Positions 32,087-44,265 of a stretch of 64,000 nucleotides of DNA are shown one piece after another (position 1 is the first letter of the stretch; every line of letters starts with the position of its first letter). Source of the stretch: a bacterium (GTDB lineage Bacteria; ARS69); NCBI GenBank assembly GCA_041393395.1, contig JAWKKG010000003.1, forward strand, positions 640,713-704,712, written 5' to 3'. Both the position numbers and the translations under genes were made by a program. A model generated the notes under the pieces. The model ran no database searches. It saw only the letters and a list, made by a program, of their open reading frames with translations, and was not told where the DNA came from.

Positions 32087-33000
32087 GACGCCTCCGAGGA
32101 CGCGCGGGGCATCGTGCGCGCGCGCAGTACGGCCTCGGTCACCTCGACCGACTTTCGATTCGCGGCCACGTCGTGGACACGAAGAATGGAGGCGCCCCCG
32201 ATCACGGCGAGCACGGTCGTGGCCAACGTTCCCTCCAGACGGTCCTCGGAATCCTCGCCGTCGTAGCGGGCGAGGAACGACTTCCGCGAAGCCCCGACCA
32301 GGATCGGCCGGCCGAGGCGAAGGTACTCCGGCAATCGCCGGAGGATCTCGAGATTGTGGTCCGCCGACTTCGCGAAGCCGAGGCCGGGGTCCACCACGAT
32401 CCGATCCTCTCTCACGCCGGCTCGGATGGCCCGGTCCACCGCGTGGTCGAGGAAGCGGATCGTCTCCTCCACGACATCGTCGTAATCGGTGAGATTCTTC
32501 ATCGTCCGGGGGGTTCCGCGCATGTGCATGAGCACGAGGCCGGCCCCGGCGGCCGCGCAGACGTCCGCGATCTCGGGATCGTGCTGGAGTCCCGTGACGT
32601 CGTTGATCCAGGCGGCACCCGCCTCCAGCGCCGCGGCCGCCACGGAGGCCTTCATCGTGTCCACCGAGATCGGGACGCCGAGCGGCGCCACGCCCTGGAG
32701 TACCGGAAGCACCCGGGCGATCTCTTCCGCGGCCGGGACCGGTTTCGCGCCGGGACGGGTCGACTCGCCGCCGAGGTCCAGGGCGTCCGCGCCCTCCTCC
32801 ACGAGGAGCCGTGCCCGCTCGATGGAGGCGAGCTCGGTCGGATCGAGCCCGCCGTCGTGGAATGAATCCGGGGTGAGGTTCAGTACCCCGAGCAGGCGGG
32901 TTGCCCGCCCGGGATCCCGGCGCGGGAGAAGCTCGGCCAGCGGGTCGGGGGCCGTGGGGTCGGCCCAGTGGCCGACCGGATCCAGACGGTCATCCGTCAA
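32080..33000 (-). CDS. folP: dihydropteroate synthase
   Basis: Pterin-binding motifs ILNLTPDSF-like (GVLNLTPDSFHDGG), DLGGESTRPG, VDPGLGFAK; TTG start after GGGAGG; operon ftsH-folP-cdaA. Confidence 0.85.
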   Translation of the reverse strand: MTDDRLDPVGHWADPTAPDPLAELLPRRDPGRATRLLGVLNLTPDSFHDGGLDPTELASIERARLLVEEGADALDLGGESTRPGAKPVPAAEEIARVLPVLQGVAPLGVPISVDTMKASVAAAALEAGAAWINDVTGLQHDPEIADVCAAAGAGLVLMHMRGTPRTMKNLTDYDDVVEETIRFLDHAVDRAIRAGVREDRIVVDPGLGFAKSADHNLEILRRLPEYLRLGRPILVGASRKSFLARYDGEDSEDRLEGTLATTVLAVIGGASILRVHDVAANRKSVEVTEAVLRARTMPRASSEASC

Positions 33001-33017
33001 GACGGGCCCAACCTCCC

Positions 33018-35014
<1,997 letters not shown>

Positions 35015-35018
<4 letters not shown>

Positions 35019-35608
35019 CGCTCATCCTCAGGTCGTCTGGAGGGTGCGGCATCCAGTGACGGCAACGCGTTCCCGTCCAGGACCGTGATGTAGGGCAGAT
35101 TCCGGAAGCGCTGGGCGAAGTCGAGTCCGTAGCCCACCACGAATTCGTCCGGAATGTCGAAACCGATCCAGTCCAGCGGCACCTCGGCCTTGCGGCGGCT
35201 GGGCTTGTTCAGAAGCGTGACGATGCGGAGAGAGGCGGGGTTGCGCGCCAGCAGCAGCTCGCGCAGGTACTCCAGGGTCAATCCCGTGTCCACGATGTCC
35301 TCGACGATCAACACGTGGCGCCCGTCGAGGTTCAGTCCGAGATCGGCCAGGATCCTCACCACGCCGGAGGACTCGGTCTTGTCCTCGTAGCTGGAGACCA
35401 CCATGAAGTCGATCTCGCAGGGAACGGAGAGCTCCCGCGCGAGATCCGCGAGGAAGATGAATCCCCCCTTGAGGATGTTCACGAGGATCGGCGCCTCGCC
35501 CGCGTACACGGCCGAGATCTCCCGGCCGAGAGCCGCTACGCGCTCACGGATGCTTCGCTCGTCGATGAGGACGTTTCCGATGCGCTCGGCCATGGGGGTA
35601 GAACTCAT
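35015..35608 (-). CDS. hpt: hypoxanthine-guanine phosphoribosyltransferase
   Basis: PRPP motif VLIVEDIVDTGLT; stop overlaps ftsH start (ATGA). Confidence 0.85.
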
Positions 35609-37059
35609 CCTTCGCTCCCGATCGCCCCTTCCGCGGGGTCCATCCAGGGGGGCCGGCCGATCAGCTCGATCCGGTACGCCCTTTGGGTTTCTTCGGTGAT
35701 TCTCGACCTCCGGTCGACCCGGAAACCGGGAATCCAGACGATTCCTTCGTGGTCGGTCACCACCGGGACCGAGTCCCGCCACGGCCGCGGGATCTTTCGA
35801 TCCACCAGAAGGTCCTGCACCTTCACCGACCCGTCGAGCCCGAGCGGCCGGTAGCGATCCCCGGACCGCCGCGTGCGGACCGCGAGCCCCCCCACGATAC
35901 GACCGGCGTCCACCCAGGCGATCCGCGGCCCCGACGCCCGCCGCGGATCCTCCGGCGGCGCCGTCTCGGTCACCGTGAGATGCAGTTCCGCCCCGATCGG
36001 ACTCGGACCGGAGAGGCGGACGCGACCCGGCACGCTCAGCTCGTGGACCGGAACGGAAAAGCCGGCCTCATCCGGCCGGCGGATCTCCAGCCGAAGCTGG
36101 CTCTCCGTCCGCGAGACCCGGATCCCTCCCGGGAGCTCCCGGACGAACGGCACGCCGAGCTGCCATCCGACCACGACCTCGCGCCACGCGGATCGGCCGA
36201 TCGCGGCCGAACTCACGCCCCGCGCCCGCACGACGAGCCGGAGCAGCGTCGTCAGCACGTTGGCATCATAGGTAGCGGCCCGAGGGCCATCAAGGACCAA
36301 CTCCCCCGGGCTCTCGTGAACCACGAGCGCCTCCGCCGCGGCCTCCGCGAGGGCCTCGAGCAGATCGTCGGTCTCGCCCAGCAACGTCGCGGCGCGCCCG
36401 ACCACCCGCGCGACGGCGGGGTTCTCGCGGCGGAGAGCCGGGATCACGTCCGCGCGCAGCCGGCTGCGCAGATTCGAGCGGTCCCGGTTCGTGGGATCGT
36501 CCCGCCACGTCAGGCCGCGCTCCCGAAGCCACGTCTCGATCTCGTCGCGGGTCACGTCGAGGAGGGGGCGGATCACGCCGTCCTCGCGGCGGTAGCGCGG
36601 CAGAGACAGTCCGCGCGGTCCGGCGCCGCGCAGGAGCTGGATCAGGAAGGTCTCGAGCCGGTCGTCCGCGTGGTGCCCGACCGCGATCGTGGCGCCATCC
36701 GCGGCCGCGGTCCGGCGCAGGAACTCGTAGCGCACTGCCCGGGCACGCGCCTCGACGTCGGCAATCGGCGCGCCGCCGAGACGATCCCAGTCGACGCGCT
36801 CGCGGTGGCACGGAACGCCGAGTGAGCGACACGTCGCCTCCGTGAAGTCCGCGTCCGCCTCGGAATCGGGTCGGAGCGCGTGGTCGAGCGTCGCCGCGCG
36901 GAGCGTGCAACCGATCTGTCCGGAGATCTCGTGGAGGACTCGCAGGAGCGCGATCGAGTCCGCCCCGCCGGAGACGGCGACGAGCACCCGGTCTCCCCGG
37001 TCGAGAAGACGCTCGCGCTCGATGGTCCGGCGAACCGAGAGTTCGAGGGGCGGGTTCAT
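35605..37059 (-). CDS. tilS: tRNA(Ile)-lysidine synthetase
   Basis: PP-loop SGGADS; conserved tilS-hpt-ftsH order. Confidence 0.85.
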   Translation of the reverse strand: MNPPLELSVRRTIERERLLDRGDRVLVAVSGGADSIALLRVLHEISGQIGCTLRAATLDHALRPDSEADADFTEATCRSLGVPCHRERVDWDRLGGAPIADVEARARAVRYEFLRRTAAADGATIAVGHHADDRLETFLIQLLRGAGPRGLSLPRYRREDGVIRPLLDVTRDEIETWLRERGLTWRDDPTNRDRSNLRSRLRADVIPALRRENPAVARVVGRAATLLGETDDLLEALAEAAAEALVVHESPGELVLDGPRAATYDANVLTTLLRLVVRARGVSSAAIGRSAWREVVVGWQLGVPFVRELPGGIRVSRTESQLRLEIRRPDEAGFSVPVHELSVPGRVRLSGPSPIGAELHLTVTETAPPEDPRRASGPRIAWVDAGRIVGGLAVRTRRSGDRYRPLGLDGSVKVQDLLVDRKIPRPWRDSVPVVTDHEGIVWIPGFRVDRRSRITEETQRAYRIELIGRPPWMDPAEGAIGSEG

Positions 37060-37106
37060 GGCGCCCCCGCGGTGCGGACGTTGCCGGTGCACTCCCGGCG
37101 GCAGGA

Positions 37107-37183
37107 TGGTAGCGGTGCAGGGACTCGAACCCCGGACACGCGGATTATGATTCCGCTGCTCTAACCAACTGAGCTACACCGCC
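37107..37183 (-). tRNA. tRNA with CAU anticodon, elongator type (tRNA-Met or lysidine-dependent tRNA-Ile2)
   Basis: Cloverleaf: acceptor GGCGGUG/CACCGCU, D-loop AGUUGGUUA, anticodon stem GCGGA/UCCGC loop AUCAUAA, T-loop UUCGAGU, encoded CCA; not initiator (1-72 paired, no GGG/CCC anticodon stem). Confidence 0.8.
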
Positions 37184-37914
37184 CCAAGTCGATCCGATTC
37201 GGCGGTCGGTCGGTCCGCGGGCGCTCCGGACACGAGCCACGGAGCCGGGAACCAGCCGCCCGGGCCCACGGTGTCACCCCGAGTACGGGGGGGCCGAAGG
37301 GGTCGGAATCGGTGGCGAAGAAGGTACGAGCGGGCCCGACGGGTGTCAAGAATCCGGGCGGATCGGGCGGTTCTCCCGGTCAGGACTGCGTCGGCCGGAT
37401 CGGGACTCGGAGGGGGTCGGTCGGTCGGAGTCCCGGGCGAGCGGGTCGTGGGGGGCCGAGTGCCGTTGGCCGTCCCGAGAGGGGAGGGCGACCGCGCCGC
37501 GGAGCTTTCGATGTGGACCGAAAGGCAGCCTCTTACTCCTCCTGGCTCTCCCGGGCCGTCCCAGAACCGGGGCCAAGCTCTCGAGTCCGAGGTCCGGACG
37601 CGGTCTCCTCCCGCAACTCGCGGTGGAATGTCGAAGAGTGAGGGCGCGCCGACGGGGTCGGGGCGATGGCACCCTTCGGCGCGCGGCATGTGTGCGATCT
37701 CGGCGGCGCGGAATCCCGGATGACTGGCCGAACGCGCGACCACTTTCCGAATGCTTTCACGGATCGTCAACCGAAGCCGACGCGAGAAACGTCCGGCGGC
37801 GTCAGCTTCCCTCGCCGGAACCGATCCGTGGTCCCGGGGTATCGCTGGCGAGCCCCGGAATCCGCTGCTAGACTCCCGCCTCTCGAATTTCGTCCCCTCG
37901 GGAAAGGAATCCGC

Positions 37915-39099
37915 TTGTCGGTGTTCGAAAACGGGCGCGACTACCGCGCTCGCGCGTTGTTGACGCTCGCCGGTCTCGCGTCGCTCACCGCGCTCGCAGC
38001 GTGCGCGAGTCGTGGAGACAACGGCGTCGGCGTCGCGTTCATCGACGAACAGGCTGCGGACAGGGAAGTCGTTCTCACGGAGATCGGGCCGCCCGACTCC
38101 ACGACGGATTTCCAGGCTCCCGGCGTGCCCGCGACGGTCGGCCAGGGCACGACCTTGATCGTCGGCGCGCGCACGGGCTATCGCCTGCGCTCACTCGTCC
38201 GCTACACGGCGTCGTCGTTCCCGGATTCCGGCACCGTGGTCGACAGCGCGTTCGTGTCGTTCTTCTTCCGGAACGAGTTCGGGGACGGACCGCTGTCGAT
38301 GAGCGTCCACCGCACGACGAAGGAGTGGTTCGAGGGCCGCATCCCGTTCGACTCGCTGCCGACGTTCACGGCCGCCGCCGACACGATCGACGTTCCGTTC
38401 CGCGACGTCACGGTGGACACGGTCACGTTCCGCCTCGACGACTTCGTGCGGTTCTGGGTCGATCATCCGGATTCGAACTTCGGACTCCTCCTCGAGCCGC
38501 TCGCCGGACAGACGGACGAGGTCGAGTTCGGCTCCCGCGAGTCGCTCGACGGCTCCCAGCTCACGATCCACACGCCCGACGGCGCCGTGACGCCTCCCGT
38601 GGACCGCGACACCTGGTCGTTGCAGACGGTGGTGCCTTTCATGACGCTCGCGGGAGACCCGGGCCACCTCACGATCTCGAACGGTCTGCCCGTGCGCTCC
38701 CTGGTCCGCTTCGATGTTCCGGACTTCGGGGATCGGGCCACGATCAACCGGGCCGAGCTTCTCTTCCGCGTGGACGACACCGCCTCCGCCTACGGCACGA
38801 TGCGCTGCGGATTCCAGCGCGCGACGGGACCCTGGCAGGACGACAGCACCGAGGTGGAAGCGATTCTGTACGGCATCCGCGACGTGGAGTCCGGCGCGGA
38901 CTCCCTCTCGTTCGACGTGACGTCGCTGCTGCGCGTGCTCCAGACGCAGGACAACGAGGGCTTCCTGTTCCGGAGCTCCGACGAGCGGCGGAACACGGAC
39001 TACCTCCGCGTACACGGCGGTCCCGGCGCGGACCCCGCGCTCGCACCGAAGCTCCGGGTCTGGTACACGCCCGGTGACGAGATCGGAGGGACCCCATGA
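37915..39099 (+). CDS. hypothetical lipoprotein (394 aa)
   Basis: AAGGA then TTG; lipobox LTALAACAS; coding-like; stop overlaps downstream start (ATGA). Confidence 0.6.
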   Translation: MSVFENGRDYRARALLTLAGLASLTALAACASRGDNGVGVAFIDEQAADREVVLTEIGPPDSTTDFQAPGVPATVGQGTTLIVGARTGYRLRSLVRYTASSFPDSGTVVDSAFVSFFFRNEFGDGPLSMSVHRTTKEWFEGRIPFDSLPTFTAAADTIDVPFRDVTVDTVTFRLDDFVRFWVDHPDSNFGLLLEPLAGQTDEVEFGSRESLDGSQLTIHTPDGAVTPPVDRDTWSLQTVVPFMTLAGDPGHLTISNGLPVRSLVRFDVPDFGDRATINRAELLFRVDDTASAYGTMRCGFQRATGPWQDDSTEVEAILYGIRDVESGADSLSFDVTSLLRVLQTQDNEGFLFRSSDERRNTDYLRVHGGPGADPALAPKLRVWYTPGDEIGGTP

Positions 39100-40346
39100 C
39101 GAGGGAGATGACCTCCCGCCGCGACGCGCGGCTCCTCGTCTCGCTCGGAGCCGTCGCGCTGTTCGCGCTCGCGACGTCACCGGCCGCCGCCGAGTCCCGC
39201 TACTCCTTGCGCGGATTCGGAGAGCCCACGTTCCCCTGGCGCGCTGATCTTCGTGCGCTCGCCGGGGCCGCCTCGGCCGCCTCCATCCCGAGCATCGCCG
39301 GCAATCCGGCTGCGGTCGGTTTCCTGGAACGTGGCCTGTTCACCGGCACGTACCAGACGGAATGGGTGTCCACCGAGGAAACGCTCGACGGCGGGACGAC
39401 GCGCGATCGTGCGGAGTACAACAGCTTGATCCCGAATCTGAGCCTGCAATGGCCGGTCGGCCGCGGTCTCGCGATCGGCGTCGGCTTCCTCGTGGAACGT
39501 CGGCGCGGCGGCATCATCGAGACGGACGCGATGACACCGGACAGCGTCGCCTACCGCCAACGCTACGAGGCGAGCGGCAACCTGCTCACGATTCCGTTTG
39601 TGGTCGGGCTCGACCTCGAGCACGCCCAGCTCGGTGTAGCCGCCGACGTGACGCTCCTGAATTCCAAGGAGCGCTGGCGCAACATCTTCGACGTCTCGGG
39701 ATACGCGAGCAGCAACGATCTGGATCGCGAGAACGAGATCGGGCTCGGCGCGCGGTTCGGATTGCGGGTGCCGTACCGGAACGTCGGCGCGATCGGCGCG
39801 TGGACCTCGCTGCCGGCGAAGATCCGCGGCGAGCGTCACCTGCAGAACGACGACATCATCGCCACGGCGGACGAGTTGCGTGCCGGCATCTGGGCCGAAC
39901 TCCCCACGCGATACGGTCTCGGTCTGGAGCTGACGCCGGTGGCGGCATGGCGCGTGCTCGGCGACTGGACGCACGAGGCGTGGTCCGACGCGAAGTCGGG
40001 CGAGATCACGGACGAACGCATCGACGTGGACCGGGTGTCCGCCGGTGTGGAGTGGACTTCCACCCGCGCCTCCGGCCTCACGATTCCCGTGCGCCTCGGG
40101 TTCCGAACCGAGAACCTCCACTTCCTCGACGCTCGGCAGCAGGAAGTGCGCGAGACCGCGCTCACCGCCGGCACCGGGTTCGGTTTCGCGGGAGGACGCG
40201 GTCAGTTCGACTGGCTTCTCGAGTACGGCTGGCGCGGCGACGCGAGCACGGAGTACGAGGAGAAGTTCGTGCGGTTCGGTGTCTCCGTGAGCGGGTACGA
40301 GGAGTGGTCCCGCCGCACGGCGCCGGAGGCCGAAGAGGACTGGTAG
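39096..40346 (+). CDS. outer-membrane beta-barrel protein (416 aa)
   Basis: Signal peptide MTREMTSRRDARLLVSLGAVALFALATSPAAA; alternating beta-strand pattern; translationally coupled to upstream lipoprotein. Confidence 0.6.
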   Translation: MTREMTSRRDARLLVSLGAVALFALATSPAAAESRYSLRGFGEPTFPWRADLRALAGAASAASIPSIAGNPAAVGFLERGLFTGTYQTEWVSTEETLDGGTTRDRAEYNSLIPNLSLQWPVGRGLAIGVGFLVERRRGGIIETDAMTPDSVAYRQRYEASGNLLTIPFVVGLDLEHAQLGVAADVTLLNSKERWRNIFDVSGYASSNDLDRENEIGLGARFGLRVPYRNVGAIGAWTSLPAKIRGERHLQNDDIIATADELRAGIWAELPTRYGLGLELTPVAAWRVLGDWTHEAWSDAKSGEITDERIDVDRVSAGVEWTSTRASGLTIPVRLGFRTENLHFLDARQQEVRETALTAGTGFGFAGGRGQFDWLLEYGWRGDASTEYEEKFVRFGVSVSGYEEWSRRTAPEAEEDW

Positions 40347-40411
40347 GTCGCCCCGTGCACTCCCCGCCGGGACGCCTTGGAAAGTTGCGGAGGAAGTTGC
40401 GGAGGAAAAGA

Positions 40412-40441
40412 GAAGGCGGGGATCCGAAGATCCCCGCCTTC
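40412..40441. terminator. bidirectional terminator hairpin GAAGGCGGGGATC-CGAA-GATCCCCGCCTTC
   Basis: Perfect 13-bp stem between convergent genes; T-rich tract on minus strand side (CTCTTTTCC); preceded by tandem GTTGCGGAGGAA x2. Confidence 0.5.
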
Positions 40442-40478
40442 CTTCGCTCCGGGTCGGCCGGGCCGCCCGGCTTCGCTC

Positions 40479-41351
40479 CTAGCTCTCGTCGTCACCGATC
40501 AGGCCGTACGGGATGCCCCACGCGACGTTGTCGTACGGCGCGACGTCGTCGTAGAGCGTGCCGTTCGAGAGGACGTCGACCACGAGGTGACGCGGACCGC
40601 GGCGGCCGTTCGTGAAGAACGTGCCGGAGTAGGTGCCGTCGCCGTTGTTCGTGAGTTCGAGCCGGCGGCCGAGGTGGCGCAGGTGCAGGAACACGCCGTC
40701 GGTCGCGTCGCCGGTGGTCACGGTGACGGTGACCTCCTGGCCGCGCGGCAGGCGCGTGATCTCCTCGACCGGCACCAGGCTCTCGACGTCGTCGATGGTG
40801 ACGTCCACGTCGCCGGCCTGCAGCCGCACCGACTGGATCTCCCGGGTCGTGTTCTCGGAGCGAATCAGCACGCCGGACAGCGCCTGGACCTGCCAGCCGC
40901 GATGCGGTCGATCGATCGGCCGGTTCTTCTCGAACAGCATCGAACGCACGGCGCTGTCCGCGAACTCCTTCTGGTACTCGGTGCGCGTGCTGTCCTCGCA
41001 CACGAAGAGGTGGAGGATGCCGGTGGCGTCCGCGTGCACGACGACCTCGGCGATCGACGGACCTTCGTCCGGATTCTCCACGTGGATGTCCACGGTCTTG
41101 TCGAGCGACAGGAGCTCCCGACGCCACCAGTTCGTCGCGATCGCGGCGTTCTCGGCGTCGGAGCTCGCGTCGTCGTAGAACCGCACGTCCGGATCGGCGA
41201 GATCGGCCTGTTCCTCGAAGAGGACGTTCTGGATGCCCTCCTCGTCCGTGGTCAGACTGTCCGAGGGGCCGGAGCTGGAGTCGAAGCAACCCTGGAGAAG
41301 GACGGCCGTCGCGACCAGTCCTCCCGTCATCAGCATCGAGTGGCGGATCAT
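40479..41351 (-). CDS. hypothetical lipoprotein (290 aa)
   Basis: Signal peptide with lipobox LLQGC; coding-like. Confidence 0.6.
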   Translation of the reverse strand: MIRHSMLMTGGLVATAVLLQGCFDSSSGPSDSLTTDEEGIQNVLFEEQADLADPDVRFYDDASSDAENAAIATNWWRRELLSLDKTVDIHVENPDEGPSIAEVVVHADATGILHLFVCEDSTRTEYQKEFADSAVRSMLFEKNRPIDRPHRGWQVQALSGVLIRSENTTREIQSVRLQAGDVDVTIDDVESLVPVEEITRLPRGQEVTVTVTTGDATDGVFLHLRHLGRRLELTNNGDGTYSGTFFTNGRRGPRHLVVDVLSNGTLYDDVAPYDNVAWGIPYGLIGDDES

Positions 41352-41552
41352 GGCAACTCTCCCGCGTTGGTGGTGGCCTCATCGGCCGGGGGTCGGACTC
41401 GGTGGGATCGCGTCCGGATCCCTTGCCCGACCCTCTACGCAGGGCGCGTGCCATTCGATGGTCGACGTTTCAAGTCGTTGATTCCAGTGGAGATCCGCGT
41501 GAACCGGGGTGCGGTCCGGGCCCGCTGCTCGCGGTCGACTGAACGTCCCGGT

Positions 41553-43013
41553 TCAGTTTCCTGAACCGGGCGGGACAGGCACCCCGTCCTCGGCCGGGAT
41601 CTCGTCCGGCGGGATCGGCTCCACGATGACCCGCGGGCGATCCGGGGAGCCCGCTTCCTCCGGCACCGCGGCCTCTCCCGAGGACTCCCGTTCGATCTCC
41701 AGCAGCGTGCGTGCGTGATCCTGCCAGCCCGCCTCGAGCGCGCTCGTGGTCAATCGCGTGTGGGCGTAGAGCGCGTCTCGGAACGTCTCGCCCGCGGCGA
41801 GGTCCTTCGCGATCGCTTCCACGGCGTCGATTCCGTAGAAGAACGCGAGATGGTCGATCAGTGCGCGCGCGAGCAGGGGGCCATCCGGCGTGAGGAAGAG
41901 CTGCGGATCCAGCACGTTCTCGTAGGACGGGATGCCGCGGCGGGCGAGGATCGATCGGTACGCCGACTCGAGTTCGGGACTCGGCGGATAGACGCGCGCG
42001 TGCGCCAGGCCGTGGACCCACCAGCGCGGAGCGTCGCTCTGGTTCGGAGCGAGCTCCATGATCAGGGCCCAGCGCATGATCTCGCGCAGTCCCGTGGTGG
42101 ACGGCACGGCGGCGCTCGTTCCCGGCATCTCGACGTAGAGGAGAGACTTGCCCCGAATCGACCCGACGACCTGCACGTGCAGGAACTCGCCGGTCGCCCG
42201 TTCGAGCGACGAGTGGTCGGGGAACGCGACGACCGTGATCGGTCGGGCCGTGAACCCGAGCTTCTCGGCCATGCCCTGCACCACGCCGGACGTGATCTTC
42301 GCGATCGTCTCGCCCTCCTGTTTCTTCGCCTGCGGAGGGCAGCGGAACGTGATCGGCTCGATGTCGTACGTCGAGTAGTCGGACGTGTCGACCGGCTCCG
42401 ACGGCGTGAGCCGCTCTCCGCCCGCCGAGAACGTACCGACGGCCGCCGTCAGGGCGAGCCAGGGCAACGACCCGGCGATCCAGCGACGCCAGACCACCAC
42501 GCCCCACTCGCGCAGTCCCCACACGGTCCAGATCACGGCGAGAATCACGAACGGATTCGTCAGCGCGAAGATCGCGTGCCAGCCCGGCGACACGTCGTCG
42601 CTGAGGAAACTCAGGTTCAGCGGCGGATCCGGTAGGCGGGTGAGCCACGCGAGCGCCGTCTTCGCGAACAGACCGATCGTGATCCAGAGCGAGGACCAGG
42701 CGACGAGCGAAGTGATGCACGAGTACGGACGGGATCCGCCCAGGAGGCGGAGGACGATCCAGGTGACCGCGCCGAGCAGGAACGTCAGTACGATCGGGAC
42801 GATCGACGACCCGACCAGGAGCATGAGCTGGAAGCTGCTTCGCAGCTCCGACTCCGTCACGGTCGCCTGCGAGAGCATCGCCGGCGCGATCATCGGGAAC
42901 GCGATGCGGAAGGCCACGGTGGTGTACACGAGCGCGGCCGCGACGAGCGCGAACATCGGCAGAATGAACGTGGGCGCGCCGTCGAGCGCGGCGAACAAGG
43001 TGCGTGGCCGCAC
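41553..43013 (-). CDS. Yip1-like polytopic membrane protein with soluble C-terminal domain; start uncertain (GTG 43013 or ATG 42956)
   Basis: 5 predicted TM helices then ~280-aa soluble region; lower part of 820-aa ORF only. Confidence 0.55.
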   Translation of the reverse strand: MRPRTLFAALDGAPTFILPMFALVAAALVYTTVAFRIAFPMIAPAMLSQATVTESELRSSFQLMLLVGSSIVPIVLTFLLGAVTWIVLRLLGGSRPYSCITSLVAWSSLWITIGLFAKTALAWLTRLPDPPLNLSFLSDDVSPGWHAIFALTNPFVILAVIWTVWGLREWGVVVWRRWIAGSLPWLALTAAVGTFSAGGERLTPSEPVDTSDYSTYDIEPITFRCPPQAKKQEGETIAKITSGVVQGMAEKLGFTARPITVVAFPDHSSLERATGEFLHVQVVGSIRGKSLLYVEMPGTSAAVPSTTGLREIMRWALIMELAPNQSDAPRWWVHGLAHARVYPPSPELESAYRSILARRGIPSYENVLDPQLFLTPDGPLLARALIDHLAFFYGIDAVEAIAKDLAAGETFRDALYAHTRLTTSALEAGWQDHARTLLEIERESSGEAAVPEEAGSPDRPRVIVEPIPPDEIPAEDGVPVPPGSGN

Positions 43014-43057
43014 GAAGTCCGAGAGCCGGGGGCGCGCCGCGAGATGCGGCGCGGGCG

Positions 43058-44158
43058 TCAAGCCGGGACCTCCACCAGGGCCTTGGTCACGGGAGTCAGG
43101 ATCTCGGGCGCGCCGTCCGTCACGAGGATGGTGTCCTCCACGCGGACGCCGCCCACGCCCGACACGTACACGCCGGGCTCCACCGTCAGCACCATTCCCG
43201 GTTCGAGCACGAGTTCGGACGCATCCGAGTACCCGCCGCCGTCGTGAACGTCGAGGCCGATCGAGTGTCCCAGTCCGTGGATGAAGCGCCCGGCGAACTC
43301 CGTCTCGTCGATGCGACGCGTGACGTGACGGTGCACGTCGCGGGCGGGGGTGCCCGGCCGCGACATCGCGACCGCCTCGACCTGGGCGTCGTGCACCACG
43401 TCGAACATGCGGCGCTGCTCCTTCGTCGCCCGACCGTACAGATACATGCGGGTGATGTCCGAGCAGTAGTGGTCGCGCTTCGCGCCGAAGTCCACGAGGA
43501 CGAGATCGCCGGGCCGCAGCGGAACGTCGCCGGGACTGTAGTGCGGCTCGGAGCCGTTCTTGCCGAAGCCCACGATCGTGGAGAACGCGTTCGAGCCGCC
43601 CCGATCCTGGATCGCGCGCGCGACGCCGGCGGCGACCTCCGCCTCGGTCACGCCCTCGTGCAGCATCGCGGGGATCTCGGCCGCCACCTCGCTCGTGATC
43701 GCGCAGGCGCGCCGGATGAGGTCGATCTCCCGCGCGTCCTTGACCACGCGTGCAGCCGTCACCGCGGCGCTCACGTCCCGGAAGTCCGCGTCCGGCGCGG
43801 CGGACTGCAGGGCCCGCACGCTCTCCCACGTGATCGCCGGGGCGTTGAGGCCGATGCGGCGGAGCCCGCCGAGCAGGGTCCCGAGGATCTGCTGGCGCGC
43901 TTCCCGGGTCTTGTACGGCAGGATCTCGCACTCCGAGGCGGCCGAGGCGCTCTCCGCCTCCATCTCGGACACGACGAGCGCCGTGGCCTCGCCGGGGCGG
44001 AGCACCGCGGCGCACCCGCCGTAGCCGCCGCTCGTCACGCCGGAGACGTACCGGAACGTGCTGTCGAACAGCGCCGACGTCCCGTTCATGAGGACGATGG
44101 CCTCCGGGCGATCCCCTTCGGGAATCGCCTCGAGAATCCTGCGCGCGCGGACCCGCAT
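43058..44158 (-). CDS. M24-family Xaa-Pro aminopeptidase/dipeptidase
   Basis: Pita-bread fold metal ligands (DFGAKRDHYCSDITR, HGLGHSIGLDVHD, VLTVEPG, VRVEDT). Confidence 0.85.
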   Translation of the reverse strand: MRVRARRILEAIPEGDRPEAIVLMNGTSALFDSTFRYVSGVTSGGYGGCAAVLRPGEATALVVSEMEAESASAASECEILPYKTREARQQILGTLLGGLRRIGLNAPAITWESVRALQSAAPDADFRDVSAAVTAARVVKDAREIDLIRRACAITSEVAAEIPAMLHEGVTEAEVAAGVARAIQDRGGSNAFSTIVGFGKNGSEPHYSPGDVPLRPGDLVLVDFGAKRDHYCSDITRMYLYGRATKEQRRMFDVVHDAQVEAVAMSRPGTPARDVHRHVTRRIDETEFAGRFIHGLGHSIGLDVHDGGGYSDASELVLEPGMVLTVEPGVYVSGVGGVRVEDTILVTDGAPEILTPVTKALVEVPA

Positions 44159-44265
44159 GCGAATCTCCAGGGTTGGGAGCCGGGAGCGATCCGGGATCGG
44201 GCCCGGGTCGCGAGTCGGGGCGCGAAACCTTACCAAGGCCTCCCGCGGATCGGCAAGCCGGGGCC

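Noticed and set aside
37186-37914. 730-bp ORF-poor region between tRNA and lipoprotein gene; 198-aa minus ORF 37174..37770
   Set aside because: ORF overlaps the tRNA and is P/R-rich; no tmRNA tag frame, RNase P or SRP motifs found; treated as promoter/leader region
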